Origin: a virus
IMG/VR virus record: IMGVR_UViG_3300029743_000012
Span: 1-41,173 of that record
Strand: one strand, 5' to 3'
DNA length: 41,173 nt
Of this stretch, positions 18,603 to 28,938 are shown piece after piece. Below the pieces are notes generated by a model that saw only the letters and a list, made by a program, of their open reading frames with translations, was not told the origin of the DNA and did not search any database. The first letter of the stretch is position 1; each line of letters opens with the position of its first letter. A program made the translations under genes and the position numbers.

Positions 18603-18672
18603 CAGCTTGAACTTTTTAGTATAATCAGCCTTCAAGTTTTTCCCTTGGGGGCTTTTTTAATGGAAAAATAAA

Positions 18673-20100
18673 ATGAGTATGTTTTCTGATGCCATTATCA
18701 ACATTTGGCTGAACGTTGGAGATGCCAAAAAACAGCTTGACGGGCTGCAGGGGGCTTTTGCCAAAACCGCGGACAAGATCCAGAACAATTTTATTGCCAA
18801 GCTGGGCGGGCTGGCTCTGGGCGGCGTCGGCATCAAAGGTTTGACCAATGTTTATAACGAGGCCTTAAAAATCCAAAATCTGGCCGAGAGCTGGAATTTG
18901 CCGGTTGAGAAAGTAAGCGCTTTTACCAATGCTTTTTCGCTTTTGGGCGGCAGTACGGACGACGCTTTGAATACTGTAAACAGTTTGCAACAGGCAGCTA
19001 ATCAACTTAGTTTTCACTCTAGCGGACCATTTCGTGAACTTTCTGCGGTTATTCGCCAAAATCTCTTCAAAAAAGATTATCAGGGGGCGATAGAAGCTAT
19101 ACGTCGGGAATACTCACGTTTGAGTAAAGAGCCGGGACGTAATGGGCAAAAAGAACTCCTGAATATGCTGGGCATTGACAACCTGCCGTTTATGCGGATG
19201 TTGAAACTGACGGACGCCGAATACGCCGAAATCAACAAAAAAGCGCAGGAGTTCGGCGTTTTGACGGAGAAAGCATCCGAAGCCCTCAGGGGCATGGAAA
19301 TCTCCCTTGCCACTATCAGTCAGGCTTTTCAGGCGATTGCTTATCCGGTTTTGGAAAAGCTGGCGCCGGTTTTGGATAAAATCAGCGCCGGGATGGAGCG
19401 TGTCGCCTTTCTTTCACCGGAGGTTAAAACCGGCATTGTCGGCATTTTGGGTGCGGTAACGCTGCTTTCGCCGGCCTTAAGAACCGCAGGCTTTTTGTTC
19501 GGTTCGGTTTTCTCGTTTTCAACGGTAGGCATTACGGCCGCCGCCGGTGCGGCTTATCTCCTGTGGCAAAACTGGGATAAGGTCAGTCAGGCTTTTAAGG
19601 ATTATCTGTCGGAAAGCCCGCGGCTGAAAGATGCTTTGGATGCTATCAGTACAGCATTTAGAGGAATCGGCAATGCTATAAAATGGTTGATTGAAAATTT
19701 TAATCCCTCGGATTTCTTGAAAAGTCTTGAAAAATCTTTATGGCCTGTATCGTTGATTATCAAGGGGAGTAATGCTCTTGGAAAGGTTATAGATACATCT
19801 ATGGATGCGTTGGAAGCGTCTGGTGGCGCTCTTGCCGGGTTTGTTTCCGGTGAGGGAATTATGGAAGGTGCCCGCATAGGTATGAGTCATGATGCCCCCA
19901 ACTATCAGCCGAGTTTGGCACAAACAAGGATAAACAACGCCGCGACCAACGACAACAGCCGCAACGTCACGGTCTATGTCGGTTCGGCTGTTTTGCCGAA
20001 TGTTTCCGATTCACGGCAGTTTGTGCGGGATATGGAGCGGATGGGGAACCGCGGGTTGCCGTCGGTGGCGCAGAACAACGCCGGAGGAGTGATGTTATAA
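18673..20100 (+). CDS. Tail tape measure protein (short, 475 aa)
   Basis: Position after the chaperone. Gly/Ala-rich helical repeats and a hydrophobic central segment. Confidence 0.6.
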   Translation: MSMFSDAIINIWLNVGDAKKQLDGLQGAFAKTADKIQNNFIAKLGGLALGGVGIKGLTNVYNEALKIQNLAESWNLPVEKVSAFTNAFSLLGGSTDDALNTVNSLQQAANQLSFHSSGPFRELSAVIRQNLFKKDYQGAIEAIRREYSRLSKEPGRNGQKELLNMLGIDNLPFMRMLKLTDAEYAEINKKAQEFGVLTEKASEALRGMEISLATISQAFQAIAYPVLEKLAPVLDKISAGMERVAFLSPEVKTGIVGILGAVTLLSPALRTAGFLFGSVFSFSTVGITAAAGAAYLLWQNWDKVSQAFKDYLSESPRLKDALDAISTAFRGIGNAIKWLIENFNPSDFLKSLEKSLWPVSLIIKGSNALGKVIDTSMDALEASGGALAGFVSGEGIMEGARIGMSHDAPNYQPSLAQTRINNAATNDNSRNVTVYVGSAVLPNVSDSRQFVRDMERMGNRGLPSVAQNNAGGVML

Positions 20101-20690
20101 TGGAACTTAACTTTTTAAGCAGCATTACCGATAAGCTGGCTAAATCGACCTACAGTATCTATGGAACAGACGAGAAGGGCGACCGCAAGATTTATCTGGA
20201 GTTTGATTCGATTTTAGAATGTTCCTACAACGGTTCGGCCACGGTTACGCAGTATCCGGCAGAATCGGGTATAAACATAACCGATTACAAATATTCAAAC
20301 CCCGATCAGATCACCTTAAAAGGCATTATATCCAAAAACGGCACTGTCGGCATCGGGGCGCTTGACATAAATTATTCCCTTTTCGGGCAGGACAAAGTCA
20401 GCCTGATTGAAACCACCCGCCAGCAGCTGAACGAACTATGCCGGCAAATGAAGAGAGTAAACATCCAGACCCGCAATTCGGGGTTGAGGACGAGCTTTAC
20501 TTTGTCAAGTTTTGAAATCACGGAAACGCCGGACAATTATAATCTTCTGGAAGCGGACATGACTTTTGACGAGGTTCTTTTGTTCGGAACGGACGGAAAA
20601 CTTAACCGCAGCGCCTCCGACGAAGACACGCAGGATGGCGGTATTGTCCAGACTTTGGTAACAGATGTAAAAGCATGGTGGAACTCATGA
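20100..20690 (+). CDS. Tail/baseplate protein (XkdP-position), hypothetical
   Basis: Coupled by TAATG overlap with the tape-measure stop. Confidence 0.4.
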   Translation: MELNFLSSITDKLAKSTYSIYGTDEKGDRKIYLEFDSILECSYNGSATVTQYPAESGINITDYKYSNPDQITLKGIISKNGTVGIGALDINYSLFGQDKVSLIETTRQQLNELCRQMKRVNIQTRNSGLRTSFTLSSFEITETPDNYNLLEADMTFDEVLLFGTDGKLNRSASDEDTQDGGIVQTLVTDVKAWWNS

Positions 20691-21007
20691 CAAGAACGGC
20701 AATCAATCTGATAAACGAGCCGAACAGCAAAGTTTCGGCCAACATTACCGACGCGGCGGGAGAAATCCACACGGTCAATGTGGCGCTCCGCACCATGGCG
20801 GACGGTTCTCTGATTATGGATTTGACGATTGACGGCGAAGTGCAGTTTTACGGTCGCCGCTGTATCAATCGGATGCCGTTGATGCTCTCGCAGGTCGTCT
20901 CCGGCAATTTTTATTTCTATGACCTCTACGGCAACAGTGATCCCGAATATTCGGGATTCAACAACCGCTATCAGTTAATTTATGACACGGATTTTAATTT
21001 GCAATGA
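20687..21007 (+). CDS. Hypothetical tail protein
   Basis: ATGA overlap with the upstream stop. Confidence 0.4.
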   Translation: MTRTAINLINEPNSKVSANITDAAGEIHTVNVALRTMADGSLIMDLTIDGEVQFYGRRCINRMPLMLSQVVSGNFYFYDLYGNSDPEYSGFNNRYQLIYDTDFNLQ

Positions 21008-21858
21008 ACTGGCGAACAAGGAAATTAACAGCGAGTTTGTATTATGACGGCGTTTTGAAAAACACGCTCACGGAAGAACTCGCCTTTACTTTCAATACTT
21101 CTGAGGCGGTGAGCGGCGCCTTAAACGAAGCAAACGTGGTGATAAGCGGGTTAAAAACCGACACCATGTTCAGCCTGGCGACGTCGAATACGCAATGGGT
21201 CAAAAACTGGGTGCAAAACCGTCTGGTGATTGAGGCCGGGTATGACAGCGGCAGCAAAGGCGTTGTTTTTGACGGGACGATTATGGAAGCGAGGCCGGAT
21301 TTAAGTAAGGCGGATTACTCCATAACATTAAAAGCGATGTCGATGTTTTCCGAGCTGACAAAGGTTAAAAGCTATACCTACGCCGGCGATACCCCGGTCA
21401 ATACGATAGCTCGGAAACTGGGGACGGACTTGGGGCTTGTTCTTGTTTCCGACATAGACGATACGGTAACCATAAGCAACTTTCTGTTGCGCGATCAAAA
21501 TGCGGTCATGGGGCTGCGCGCTTTGGCGCAGGCAACCGGATTTGATATTTTTGAAAGCAAAGGGCGGTTGTATGTCAAAAAGCGGGGCGAGGGTTTGAAA
21601 AAACTGCCGCAACTCACCATTCCGCAGACAGAAATCATCGGCGTGCCGGAGCCGACCCCGACCGGCGTGATAATCACTATGCGGCTTAATTCGTCGTATC
21701 AGACGGGGCAAAAGGTAAAAGTCAATTCTTTGAAATATCCGTTGCTTAACAGCTATGATTTTTATATTTCCACTCTATCGCATGCAGGACAAACCCGCGG
21801 CAGCGAATGGATAACGCGGCTTAACTTGATGAAGGAAGGCTTAGGGTTTTATCGATGA
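21004..21858 (+). CDS. Baseplate hub / late-control-D-like tail protein (XkdQ-position)
   Basis: 284 aa. Call is by synteny within the baseplate cluster. Confidence 0.4.
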   Translation: MNWRTRKLTASLYYDGVLKNTLTEELAFTFNTSEAVSGALNEANVVISGLKTDTMFSLATSNTQWVKNWVQNRLVIEAGYDSGSKGVVFDGTIMEARPDLSKADYSITLKAMSMFSELTKVKSYTYAGDTPVNTIARKLGTDLGLVLVSDIDDTVTISNFLLRDQNAVMGLRALAQATGFDIFESKGRLYVKKRGEGLKKLPQLTIPQTEIIGVPEPTPTGVIITMRLNSSYQTGQKVKVNSLKYPLLNSYDFYISTLSHAGQTRGSEWITRLNLMKEGLGFYR

Positions 21859-22517
21859 GCAATAATATTCCGGCATACAATCCGGCGGAGCTGCAAACGG
21901 ACACGGGCGTTTTGCAGCTTTTTTTGCGTCAATATCTCAACTCTTTTCTCGGCACCGTTCAGCCGGTAGAAGTGGCGGCAGTCAGTGAGGACAACGCATT
22001 TGTCGACGTTTTGCCGCTGATCAGACAGATCAATACACAGAACGAGGAAATTCCGATCACCGCGGACAACACGCTTTACAAAATTCCGGTCATGAAGTTT
22101 GAGGGCAACGGCTGCAAAATAACCTACAAACCGGCGGCAGGCGACATCGGGCTGCTGATAGCCTGCAAGTTTGACATCACCAATTTTAAGAACACAAAAG
22201 CGCAGTCAACTGTCGGCAGTTTACGGCAATTCAACTGGGCGGACGGTTTTTTCCTGCCGGTTTCTTTCAATTCTGCCGGCGACGGGCTGGTTATTTCCAA
22301 TCAGCAAACAACCATTACCCTGCTGCCTGCTTCGGTCGATATCAACACGCAAACCGTCAACATCACGGCCGATACGGCAAACGTCACGGCAATGGCGGTT
22401 AAGCTTGGCGGCGAGGGCGGCAAAGGTGTGGCGCGGATCGGTGACACGGTTGAGGTTAATCCTAATACGCACCAGGGCACTATCACTGCCGGTTCTGCTG
22501 TCGTGTTTTCTAAATAA
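21855..22517 (+). CDS. Baseplate assembly / spike protein V-like (tentative)
   Basis: C-terminal GDTVEVNPNTHQGTITAGSAVVF resembles a gpV-type apex. The position precedes the gp25-like gene. Confidence 0.35.
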   Translation: MSNNIPAYNPAELQTDTGVLQLFLRQYLNSFLGTVQPVEVAAVSEDNAFVDVLPLIRQINTQNEEIPITADNTLYKIPVMKFEGNGCKITYKPAAGDIGLLIACKFDITNFKNTKAQSTVGSLRQFNWADGFFLPVSFNSAGDGLVISNQQTTITLLPASVDINTQTVNITADTANVTAMAVKLGGEGGKGVARIGDTVEVNPNTHQGTITAGSAVVFSK

Positions 22518-22527
22518 AGGAGGAAAA

Positions 22528-22863
22528 ATGCAAACTATGCAATTAGACGAGCACAACAATCTGGTGCTTGAAGACGGTTCTTTGACCGTTATCGACGGGA
22601 TTTCTGCTTGCGCTCAAGACGTAAAGACCCGCGTTGGCCTTTGTTTGGGAGAAAACCCATACGATACGGAAGAAGGCATCGACTATTTCAACGAGGTTTT
22701 GGGCAAAACCGGCGGCATTGACGGCGTGCGAGAGATGATCCGCCGGCGGATAAAAGATAACGAAGAGATTGTGCAAATCAACCGGCTTTCCACTTCAAGC
22801 GCGGACAACGTTTTGAATATCACCGCGGAAATATCAAGCATTTACGGAGTTTTTGAATTATGA
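22528..22863 (+). CDS. Baseplate wedge protein, gp25/W-like (XkdS-like)
   Basis: 111 aa. AGGAGG RBS before ATG 22528. It lies immediately upstream of the baseplate J gene. Confidence 0.5.
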   Translation: MQTMQLDEHNNLVLEDGSLTVIDGISACAQDVKTRVGLCLGENPYDTEEGIDYFNEVLGKTGGIDGVREMIRRRIKDNEEIVQINRLSTSSADNVLNITAEISSIYGVFEL

Positions 22864-24035
22864 GCCTTTTTTCTGTTACAAATCAGGGGGTCATCACGGT
22901 TGATACCTCGGAGATCAAAAGCGATTTTGAGGAGGCCTACAAAGGCGCTCTCGGGGAAAATATTAACTTGGAGAGCAGCACCTTTCAGGGGCAGATGATC
23001 ACAAACGACACGGCGACCTTAACAAAGGCGATGAACGAAGTTGTCAATATTGCCAATTCTTTTTCGGTCTATACGGCAACCGGTCAGGCTTTGGACGTGG
23101 CGGCGGCTTTTTTCGGATATTACCGCAAACAGGGCGTCGGTACGGTGGTAACGGCCACTTTAAGCGGTACGGCAAATACTGTTATCGAAGAGGGGGCGTT
23201 GGTAACCGACGGCACCTATCAATATGCGCTTTTGGATACCGTGACAATCGGTGAAGGTGGTACGGTCGAGGCTGAATTTCAATGTTTGACTCCCGGGGCA
23301 ATTCCCTGTCCTGCAGGAACATTGACGACGATTGTAACGGTGATTGAAGGTCGGGACGGCATCAACAATGCAACGGCCGGAATTATCGGCTTTGCCACGG
23401 AAAACGACAACGAGTTTCGCACCCGGATCACGGCAAACTGGCTAAACAAACGGGCACGGAGCATTTTGGGCGCCATTGTTGACAATATTGCGGCAGTTTC
23501 CGGCGTTATCAGCGTTTTAGGTCGCGAAAACTACGGCGATGAACCGCTTGAAATCGACGACATAACACTTGCACCGCATTCCGTTTATTTATGTGTTTTA
23601 GGCGGCGGGGCTTCGGATATTGCAACCGTTTTTGCCGGGCAGAAGACGCTTGGCGCCGGTGTAAACGGCAATACCGAGATAGAGTTTTACGACGCCTCTG
23701 TTGATTACATTTACAAGTATCGGATTGAGCGGCCGGCGGTTGTGCCGATCAAATTACAGATAGAATACGAGGCAAACGCCTATACTGCGGCCGATGTGGA
23801 AACGCAGATCAAAAGCATTGTCATGCAATGGGTGGCGGACAATCCTTTTAAGATACAGCAGACCGTTTCCGGCAATGTTTTGGCGCAAAGCCTCGCCGGG
23901 TTCAATCAGATCAACCTGTTGTCGGTGAAAGTGGCGCTTGTTTCCGGCGGCGATTTTACCGATTACATCACGACTACCATTTCCGAGGTTGCAAGTCTTG
24001 ATGAAAGCAACATAACCGTTTCAAAGGCTGCTTAA
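22860..24035 (+). CDS. Baseplate J-like protein (XkdT-like)
   Basis: 391 aa with a typical J-family N-terminal region. Synteny also supports the call. Confidence 0.65.
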   Translation: MSLFSVTNQGVITVDTSEIKSDFEEAYKGALGENINLESSTFQGQMITNDTATLTKAMNEVVNIANSFSVYTATGQALDVAAAFFGYYRKQGVGTVVTATLSGTANTVIEEGALVTDGTYQYALLDTVTIGEGGTVEAEFQCLTPGAIPCPAGTLTTIVTVIEGRDGINNATAGIIGFATENDNEFRTRITANWLNKRARSILGAIVDNIAAVSGVISVLGRENYGDEPLEIDDITLAPHSVYLCVLGGGASDIATVFAGQKTLGAGVNGNTEIEFYDASVDYIYKYRIERPAVVPIKLQIEYEANAYTAADVETQIKSIVMQWVADNPFKIQQTVSGNVLAQSLAGFNQINLLSVKVALVSGGDFTDYITTTISEVASLDESNITVSKAA

Positions 24036-24611
24036 ATGTTTAAGGAAGTAACGTTAAATACTTTGCAGAAACAGTTCGGCTATACAAACGGGTCGGATTT
24101 GCTTTTGCGCCGCGCCGCCGTGTGGGATAAATACTTTGGCAATATTTCGGAAACTTTTGTAAAAGAAATCTTGGATTATAATACCTGTATTCCGGAAGCG
24201 CTCGACTGGTTTTGGGGAAAAATGCTCAAAATCACCCGCAATTTTACCGGTGAGGACGGGGAGATTTTCACCCTGAACGACGATCAGTTTCGGGAGATTA
24301 TCAAAATCCGGGCATTCGGCACCACGTGGCAGGGTGATATTTTGTCAATGAACGTCTTTTTGCAAAACCTGTTCAAAGACCGCGGCAACGCCTATCTGCT
24401 CGACAATCTGGATATGACGGTGCAGATTTTTGTTTTCGATTTTATTCTTGACGACTGGGAAACGTATTTGTTTACAACACAAGACGTATTGCCGCGTCCG
24501 GCCGGCGTCGGCACAAAAATTTATCAAATTGACACAGAAAACACCTTTGGTTTTTATGGTTCGGACTTCCAGCCGTTCAATCAGGGCGTTTTCTGGGATG
24601 GAATTTTATAA
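24036..24611 (+). CDS. Tail protein I-like / DUF2313-like (XkdU-position)
   Basis: 191 aa, downstream of the J-like gene. Confidence 0.45.
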   Translation: MFKEVTLNTLQKQFGYTNGSDLLLRRAAVWDKYFGNISETFVKEILDYNTCIPEALDWFWGKMLKITRNFTGEDGEIFTLNDDQFREIIKIRAFGTTWQGDILSMNVFLQNLFKDRGNAYLLDNLDMTVQIFVFDFILDDWETYLFTTQDVLPRPAGVGTKIYQIDTENTFGFYGSDFQPFNQGVFWDGIL

Positions 24612-24622
24612 AGGAGAGAAAA

Positions 24623-26623
24623 ATGGAAAGTTTAACCATACCGCAGATTTTATCCGGTGCATTTGCTTACAACGGGCAGAAAAACACGATTCCCGACGCG
24701 CCGACAGGGTCATTCTTGGCCAGCATTCAGGAAGGTTTCCCGCCGATCACGATGATGCCGAAAAAAAACGGCGGTCAGCCTCCGGAAGGAAAGGATTTTA
24801 ACGGCATATTCAATTTGATGAGCCAGTTTTATTTCTTCACCCAAAACGGCGGGACCTATACTTTTAATCAGTCGGTATCGGACGCCATCGGCGGCTATCC
24901 GGAAAACGCACTTTTATGGTACTATCCGGACGAAAACAATGTCACGGCCAAATGGTTGAGGTCAACTAAAGCCAATAATACAGATAACTTTATCACCAAT
25001 CCGGAAGTGATCGGCACCAGCTGGGTCGAGCAAAACAACCAGCAGTCAATATTGCCGCCGACGTCAATTCTGACATTTGACCATCCTGTTGATTTCAGCG
25101 GGTTACTGCCGCTCAATTCGGCTCAATTCAAACAGGGCTACCTGATTGAAAACTGCGATACGAGCTATCCTGACTTCTGGGAAAAGATGCTGGAATATAA
25201 ACGGCTCGGGGCATCAAATGCCGCTTACGCCCGTTATGCCAAGACTCAACAGCAATATACCGCGGAACTATCCGCTAACGGATTTTGCGGGTTCTATGTT
25301 ATCGACGAAAGCGCAAAATCGGTTCGGCTGCCTTATCTGGGCGACGCTTATTTGCAGGGCGGCGCTTCTAACAGTATTGACCGGACGGCAGGGCTTCCGA
25401 GCATTCAGCATACACACAGACACCGCCATGATTTGCCGGGAGCTAATTCGAGCTGCGCCGGCGGCGGGCGTGTTCTTTATGTCTACGGTGCAAACGATTC
25501 GGGATCTGCGGAGCAGGGCTATCGCCAAAGTGCGTACGACAACACTCAGAATTCGGCAGTTTCGGCGATTTACGGCAAATCAGATACGGTACAAACAGAT
25601 TCTGTCGGCGTATTTTTTTACATTGTTGTGGCCAATACGTGGAAAGATATTTCGATAGAGGATTTTACCGCTCGGCTGGATGCTGTTACCGAGCAAGCAA
25701 TTGATCAGATCAACACTCTTGTCGCTTCGGCAACAACGGCGTTCAACACAAATGCAGATGAAAAGCAGGCGGCTGTTGACAGTTCTGCGTCGCAGGCGGA
25801 GGCTGCGGCCGGTGAGGCCAAAACTTCCGAAACCAATGCCAAAAGTTCGGAAACGGCGGCGTCCGGTTCGGCGGAGGCGGCCGCATCTTCGGCAGCTTCG
25901 GCTTCGGAATCGAAGGAAGCGGCGGCCGCGTCGGCTGTATCCGCTTCGGGATCGGCGTCAAGCGCGGAAAGTTTCAAAACCGCGGCGGAGACGGCGGCCG
26001 GTACGGCAAATGAGAAAGCGACGGCGGCGACGGAAAGCGCAACGGCCGCGGCGTCGGCGGCGGACACGGCCGAAGCATGGGCCGTCGGCAGTATAGAAGA
26101 GCGGCCGGAAGGATCGGCAAAGTACTGGGCGGAAAAAATAAATCCGGAAAATTTGCTGCCGGTCGGCATGATCCTTGCGTGGCCGGGAAATACGCCGCCG
26201 GACGGTTGGTTGGTCTGCAACGGTTCGGCCGTTTCCCGGACGACTTATGCGGATTTATTCGCAGCCATAGGTACGACTTTCGGTGCCGGTGACGGATCGA
26301 CGACGTTTAAGCTGCCGGATTATCAGGGGGATTTTTTGAGGGGTTACCTTTCCGGCACTTCTTCGGCGATCGGCACCAGACAAGCCGAAGGGTTGCCGAA
26401 TATCAGCGGTTATATCTCATACCTTTTGATGGGCGAAGACGGCCAGAAATCAGACGGAGCGTTGTCGGCAACGCTGCAAGTCGGAAATCGTTTGATCAAT
26501 GTCGGCACCGGGTCGGCTTGGAAGCAGCTTAATTTCTCTGCCAAAAATTCAAACGCGATTTATGGCGCTAACAGTCATGTCACGCCGCGCAACAACGCTG
26601 TGAAATGGTGCATAAAATATTAG
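24623..26623 (+). CDS. Tail fibre protein with an Ala/Ser-rich repeat shaft and a C-terminal phage tail collar domain
   Basis: Collar motif [63 protein letters not shown] low-complexity A/S/E shaft spans 25740..26080. Confidence 0.8.
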   Translation: MESLTIPQILSGAFAYNGQKNTIPDAPTGSFLASIQEGFPPITMMPKKNGGQPPEGKDFNGIFNLMSQFYFFTQNGGTYTFNQSVSDAIGGYPENALLWYYPDENNVTAKWLRSTKANNTDNFITNPEVIGTSWVEQNNQQSILPPTSILTFDHPVDFSGLLPLNSAQFKQGYLIENCDTSYPDFWEKMLEYKRLGASNAAYARYAKTQQQYTAELSANGFCGFYVIDESAKSVRLPYLGDAYLQGGASNSIDRTAGLPSIQHTHRHRHDLPGANSSCAGGGRVLYVYGANDSGSAEQGYRQSAYDNTQNSAVSAIYGKSDTVQTDSVGVFFYIVVANTWKDISIEDFTARLDAVTEQAIDQINTLVASATTAFNTNADEKQAAVDSSASQAEAAAGEAKTSETNAKSSETAASGSAEAAASSAASASESKEAAAASAVSASGSASSAESFKTAAETAAGTANEKATAATESATAAASAADTAEAWAVGSIEERPEGSAKYWAEKINPENLLPVGMILAWPGNTPPDGWLVCNGSAVSRTTYADLFAAIGTTFGAGDGSTTFKLPDYQGDFLRGYLSGTSSAIGTRQAEGLPNISGYISYLLMGEDGQKSDGALSATLQVGNRLINVGTGSAWKQLNFSAKNSNAIYGANSHVTPRNNAVKWCIKY

Positions 26624-26632
26624 GAGAGGAAA

Positions 26633-27187
26633 ATGGAAATATACATGTTTGACGGAGAAACAAAGGAATATATCGGGGCAGAAGATGCACTCTTAGATCC
26701 TTTGGAAACAAAAAAGCAGGGAAAGCCTGTTTATCTGTTGCCGGCGAATGCGGTTTTTGACAGGCCGCCGATTGCCGAAGGCGGAAAAGCCGTTATATTT
26801 GACGACGGTTGGAAACAGGTTGTCGACAACCGGGGAAAAACGGCGGTTAATGCCGATCGCGGGATATTTGAAATTGACTATCTCGGAGAGAAGGAAGGCG
26901 ACACGATCGTAACTGCCGAAATGCAAAAGGGACTGGATGACGGTACGTTTGTCGTTGAGCAGGGACGGATCGTCGAAAAACCCCGGCAGATGAAGGCGGC
27001 GGAAAGAAGACTTGAACGCAATATGCTGATTGCGGCAACCGACAAATACATGTTTGCCGATTATCCGATCAGCGAGGAAGAAAGGGAAAAATACCGGCAG
27101 TATCGTCAGTATTTGCGGGATATTCCGGTGGAAGAAGGTTTTCCGGATATAACAATAAAATCTTTTGATGAATGGAAGGGAGCCTGA
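26633..27187 (+). CDS. Tail fibre assembly protein (Tfa)
   Basis: Characteristic C-terminal region REKYRQYRQYLRDIPVEEGFPDITIKSFDEW. Confidence 0.7.
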   Translation: MEIYMFDGETKEYIGAEDALLDPLETKKQGKPVYLLPANAVFDRPPIAEGGKAVIFDDGWKQVVDNRGKTAVNADRGIFEIDYLGEKEGDTIVTAEMQKGLDDGTFVVEQGRIVEKPRQMKAAERRLERNMLIAATDKYMFADYPISEEEREKYRQYRQYLRDIPVEEGFPDITIKSFDEWKGA

Positions 27188-27205
27188 AGCTCCCTTTTTA
27201 TTTTT
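27178..27205 (+). terminator. Rho-independent terminator. Stem GGGAGC, loop CTGAA, stem GCTCCC, then TTTTTATTTTT.
   Basis: Read directly. The tfa stop codon lies in the loop. Confidence 0.65.
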
Positions 27206-27218
27206 AAGGAGAAAGCCA

Positions 27219-27518
27219 TTGAATAAAACAGAACAGGATTTAATCGAACTTGGTAAAAAGGTCGCTCACAACTATCGTTTGATTGTCGGTGTAGCGGCTT
27301 TTTTTTATGGTTGTTTCGTTTTTTATCAGAATCAGCAAAGCAACAGTCTGGAAATCAACAACTTAAAAGAACGGACTTCAAAATTGGAAGACCGGGTAAC
27401 CGCAAACGAAAAAAACTTCAACATGACGTCGGTCAAGTTGGATACGACATTAAGCCGTATATCAACAGATCTTCAATATATCAAGGAAAAGCTTATCGGA
27501 AAGGCGCTTGAGAAATGA
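27219..27518 (+). CDS. Single-TM plus coiled-coil membrane protein (holin or XhlA-like candidate)
   Basis: TTG start after a GGAG RBS. TM segment LIVGVAAFFYGCFVFY. The position is immediately before the endolysin gene. The start is uncertain. Confidence 0.35.
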   Translation: MNKTEQDLIELGKKVAHNYRLIVGVAAFFYGCFVFYQNQQSNSLEINNLKERTSKLEDRVTANEKNFNMTSVKLDTTLSRISTDLQYIKEKLIGKALEK

Positions 27519-27910
27519 CTGATTACGATTTTGAAATTATGGCCAAAACCATCTACGGGGAGGCCAGAGGAGAAAGCAGGCAGGGGCAGAAAGCCGTTGC
27601 CTGCGTTATTTTTAACCGTTTTAGGTCTGGAAAATGGTTTGCGGCGAAGACGCTGGCCGGCGTTTGCTTAAAACCGCTGCAGTTTTCCTGCTGGAACAAG
27701 TCCGACCCCAACAGTCAGATTTTGGCAAATTTGCCGTATTCGGCTTATAGCCGGTATTTTGACGTGATTAAGGAAGCGGAGAAGGGCGACATCACGGGCG
27801 GCGCAACGCATTATTGCACCTATGCCGCGTTGCCGCATACCAAGTGGGCAGAAGGAAAAGAGCCGTGTTTTGAGTGCGGAAATCATGTATTTTTTAAGGG
27901 GATTGACTAA
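27515..27910 (+). CDS. Cell-wall hydrolase, SleB family (endolysin)
   Basis: IYGEARGESRQGQKAVACVIFNR is the SleB/Hydrolase_2 signature. Confidence 0.8.
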   Translation: MTDYDFEIMAKTIYGEARGESRQGQKAVACVIFNRFRSGKWFAAKTLAGVCLKPLQFSCWNKSDPNSQILANLPYSAYSRYFDVIKEAEKGDITGGATHYCTYAALPHTKWAEGKEPCFECGNHVFFKGID

Positions 27911-28494
27911 TGTTTTATTTAATATCTGTTTTAATTGTTGCGGCCTCAAGCGTTTTGTGGCGCGTGCGTGGCGGATTGTTCAAAGAATACGTACCGGCAA
28001 ATAAAGTCTGGTATGCGGTGTTTTTCGGGGGGCTTGCGTGGCTCTTCCGGGTCGGTACGGCAGAATATGCTCTTTGTGCTGCTTTGGCCTGTTATGCCGG
28101 TTATCAGGCGTTCGGCTGGGGGCTTTATATCGGGCGGTTGCTTGGGGACGGCGAACTCAAACCGAATTTGTCGCAATATCGGGAGTGTGATTTGATTGAT
28201 GACCTGTTATATTCCGCGCATATCACCTTCAAAGGGAATAAAATTTATCTGTACCAGTATCCGCGGCTTTTCGGCTTTTGTGGGACTTGTTTATCCGGGC
28301 TGATTTTGACTTTCCTGATGGGTTTGTCGGTTGGCTCTGTCGGGCTGATGCTCTCCGGGTTGGCAATGGGCGTTTTTTACTGGCTGGGCGGGCAGCTTGA
28401 GAAACTTTACGCTTTGGGCAAACAGGGCTGGAACTGGGGCGAGTGGCTGTTTGGCGCTTATCTCGGGGGAATGTTGGTGTTATGGCTCGGTTGA
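27910..28494 (+). CDS. Multi-pass membrane protein (holin-like), lysis cassette
   Basis: 4-5 predicted TM segments. TAATG coupling to the endolysin gene. Confidence 0.45.
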   Translation: MFYLISVLIVAASSVLWRVRGGLFKEYVPANKVWYAVFFGGLAWLFRVGTAEYALCAALACYAGYQAFGWGLYIGRLLGDGELKPNLSQYRECDLIDDLLYSAHITFKGNKIYLYQYPRLFGFCGTCLSGLILTFLMGLSVGSVGLMLSGLAMGVFYWLGGQLEKLYALGKQGWNWGEWLFGAYLGGMLVLWLG

Positions 28495-28616
28495 AGAAGT
28501 ATAAAAAGCGCCTGATTGCCGTTGCCGCGCTTGTTCTGGCTCTTGTCTGTCTGTTTAAGCCGGAATATGCCGAAAGCGTTGCCCGGGCGTTCATGCTGCT
28601 GATTGCGGGGGTGTGA
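28491..28616 (+). CDS. Small membrane peptide (41 aa, TTG start), speculative
   Basis: KKYKKRLIAVAALVLALVCLF... hydrophobic core. Its stop overlaps the next ATG. Confidence 0.2.
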   Translation: MKKYKKRLIAVAALVLALVCLFKPEYAESVARAFMLLIAGV

Positions 28617-28846
28617 TGGTAAACAAGCTGATACGTTGGGCGGTGACCATGCTTATGGTTGCCGCCCTCTGTTTTGCCTTTTACGAGGTAGGGCAGGAAG
28701 TCGGCCGGAGCGAGGCCAGAGTTCAAGTAATAGAAAAACAGGTTGAGGTGATCCGATATGTGGAAAAGAAGAAGGCGGAGATCCATGCGCGTCCTAATGC
28801 TACAAGAAAAGAATTACTTGAACTTATGAGAAATAATATACTATAA
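28616..28846 (+). CDS. i-spanin (Rz-like) candidate
   Basis: N-terminal TM segment (WAVTMLMVAALCFAFY) followed by a charged coiled-coil region. Sits in the lysis-cassette position. Confidence 0.45.
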   Translation: MVNKLIRWAVTMLMVAALCFAFYEVGQEVGRSEARVQVIEKQVEVIRYVEKKKAEIHARPNATRKELLELMRNNIL

Positions 28847-28938
28847 TTTTATTAGCACTAGGGTCGCTCCCGAAAAGCGAGAAAGCCTATCGCCTGTGCT
28901 AATTCTGTTTAACGGGCTATTTTATAGAGGCTGATAAA

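Noticed and set aside
25680-26220. Arg-rich ORF (25680..26096, +) and Ala-rich ORF (25705..26220, -)
   Set aside because: Both lie inside the Ala/Ser-rich low-complexity shaft of the tail-fibre gene. They are alternate-frame and antisense artefacts of GC-rich repetitive codons.
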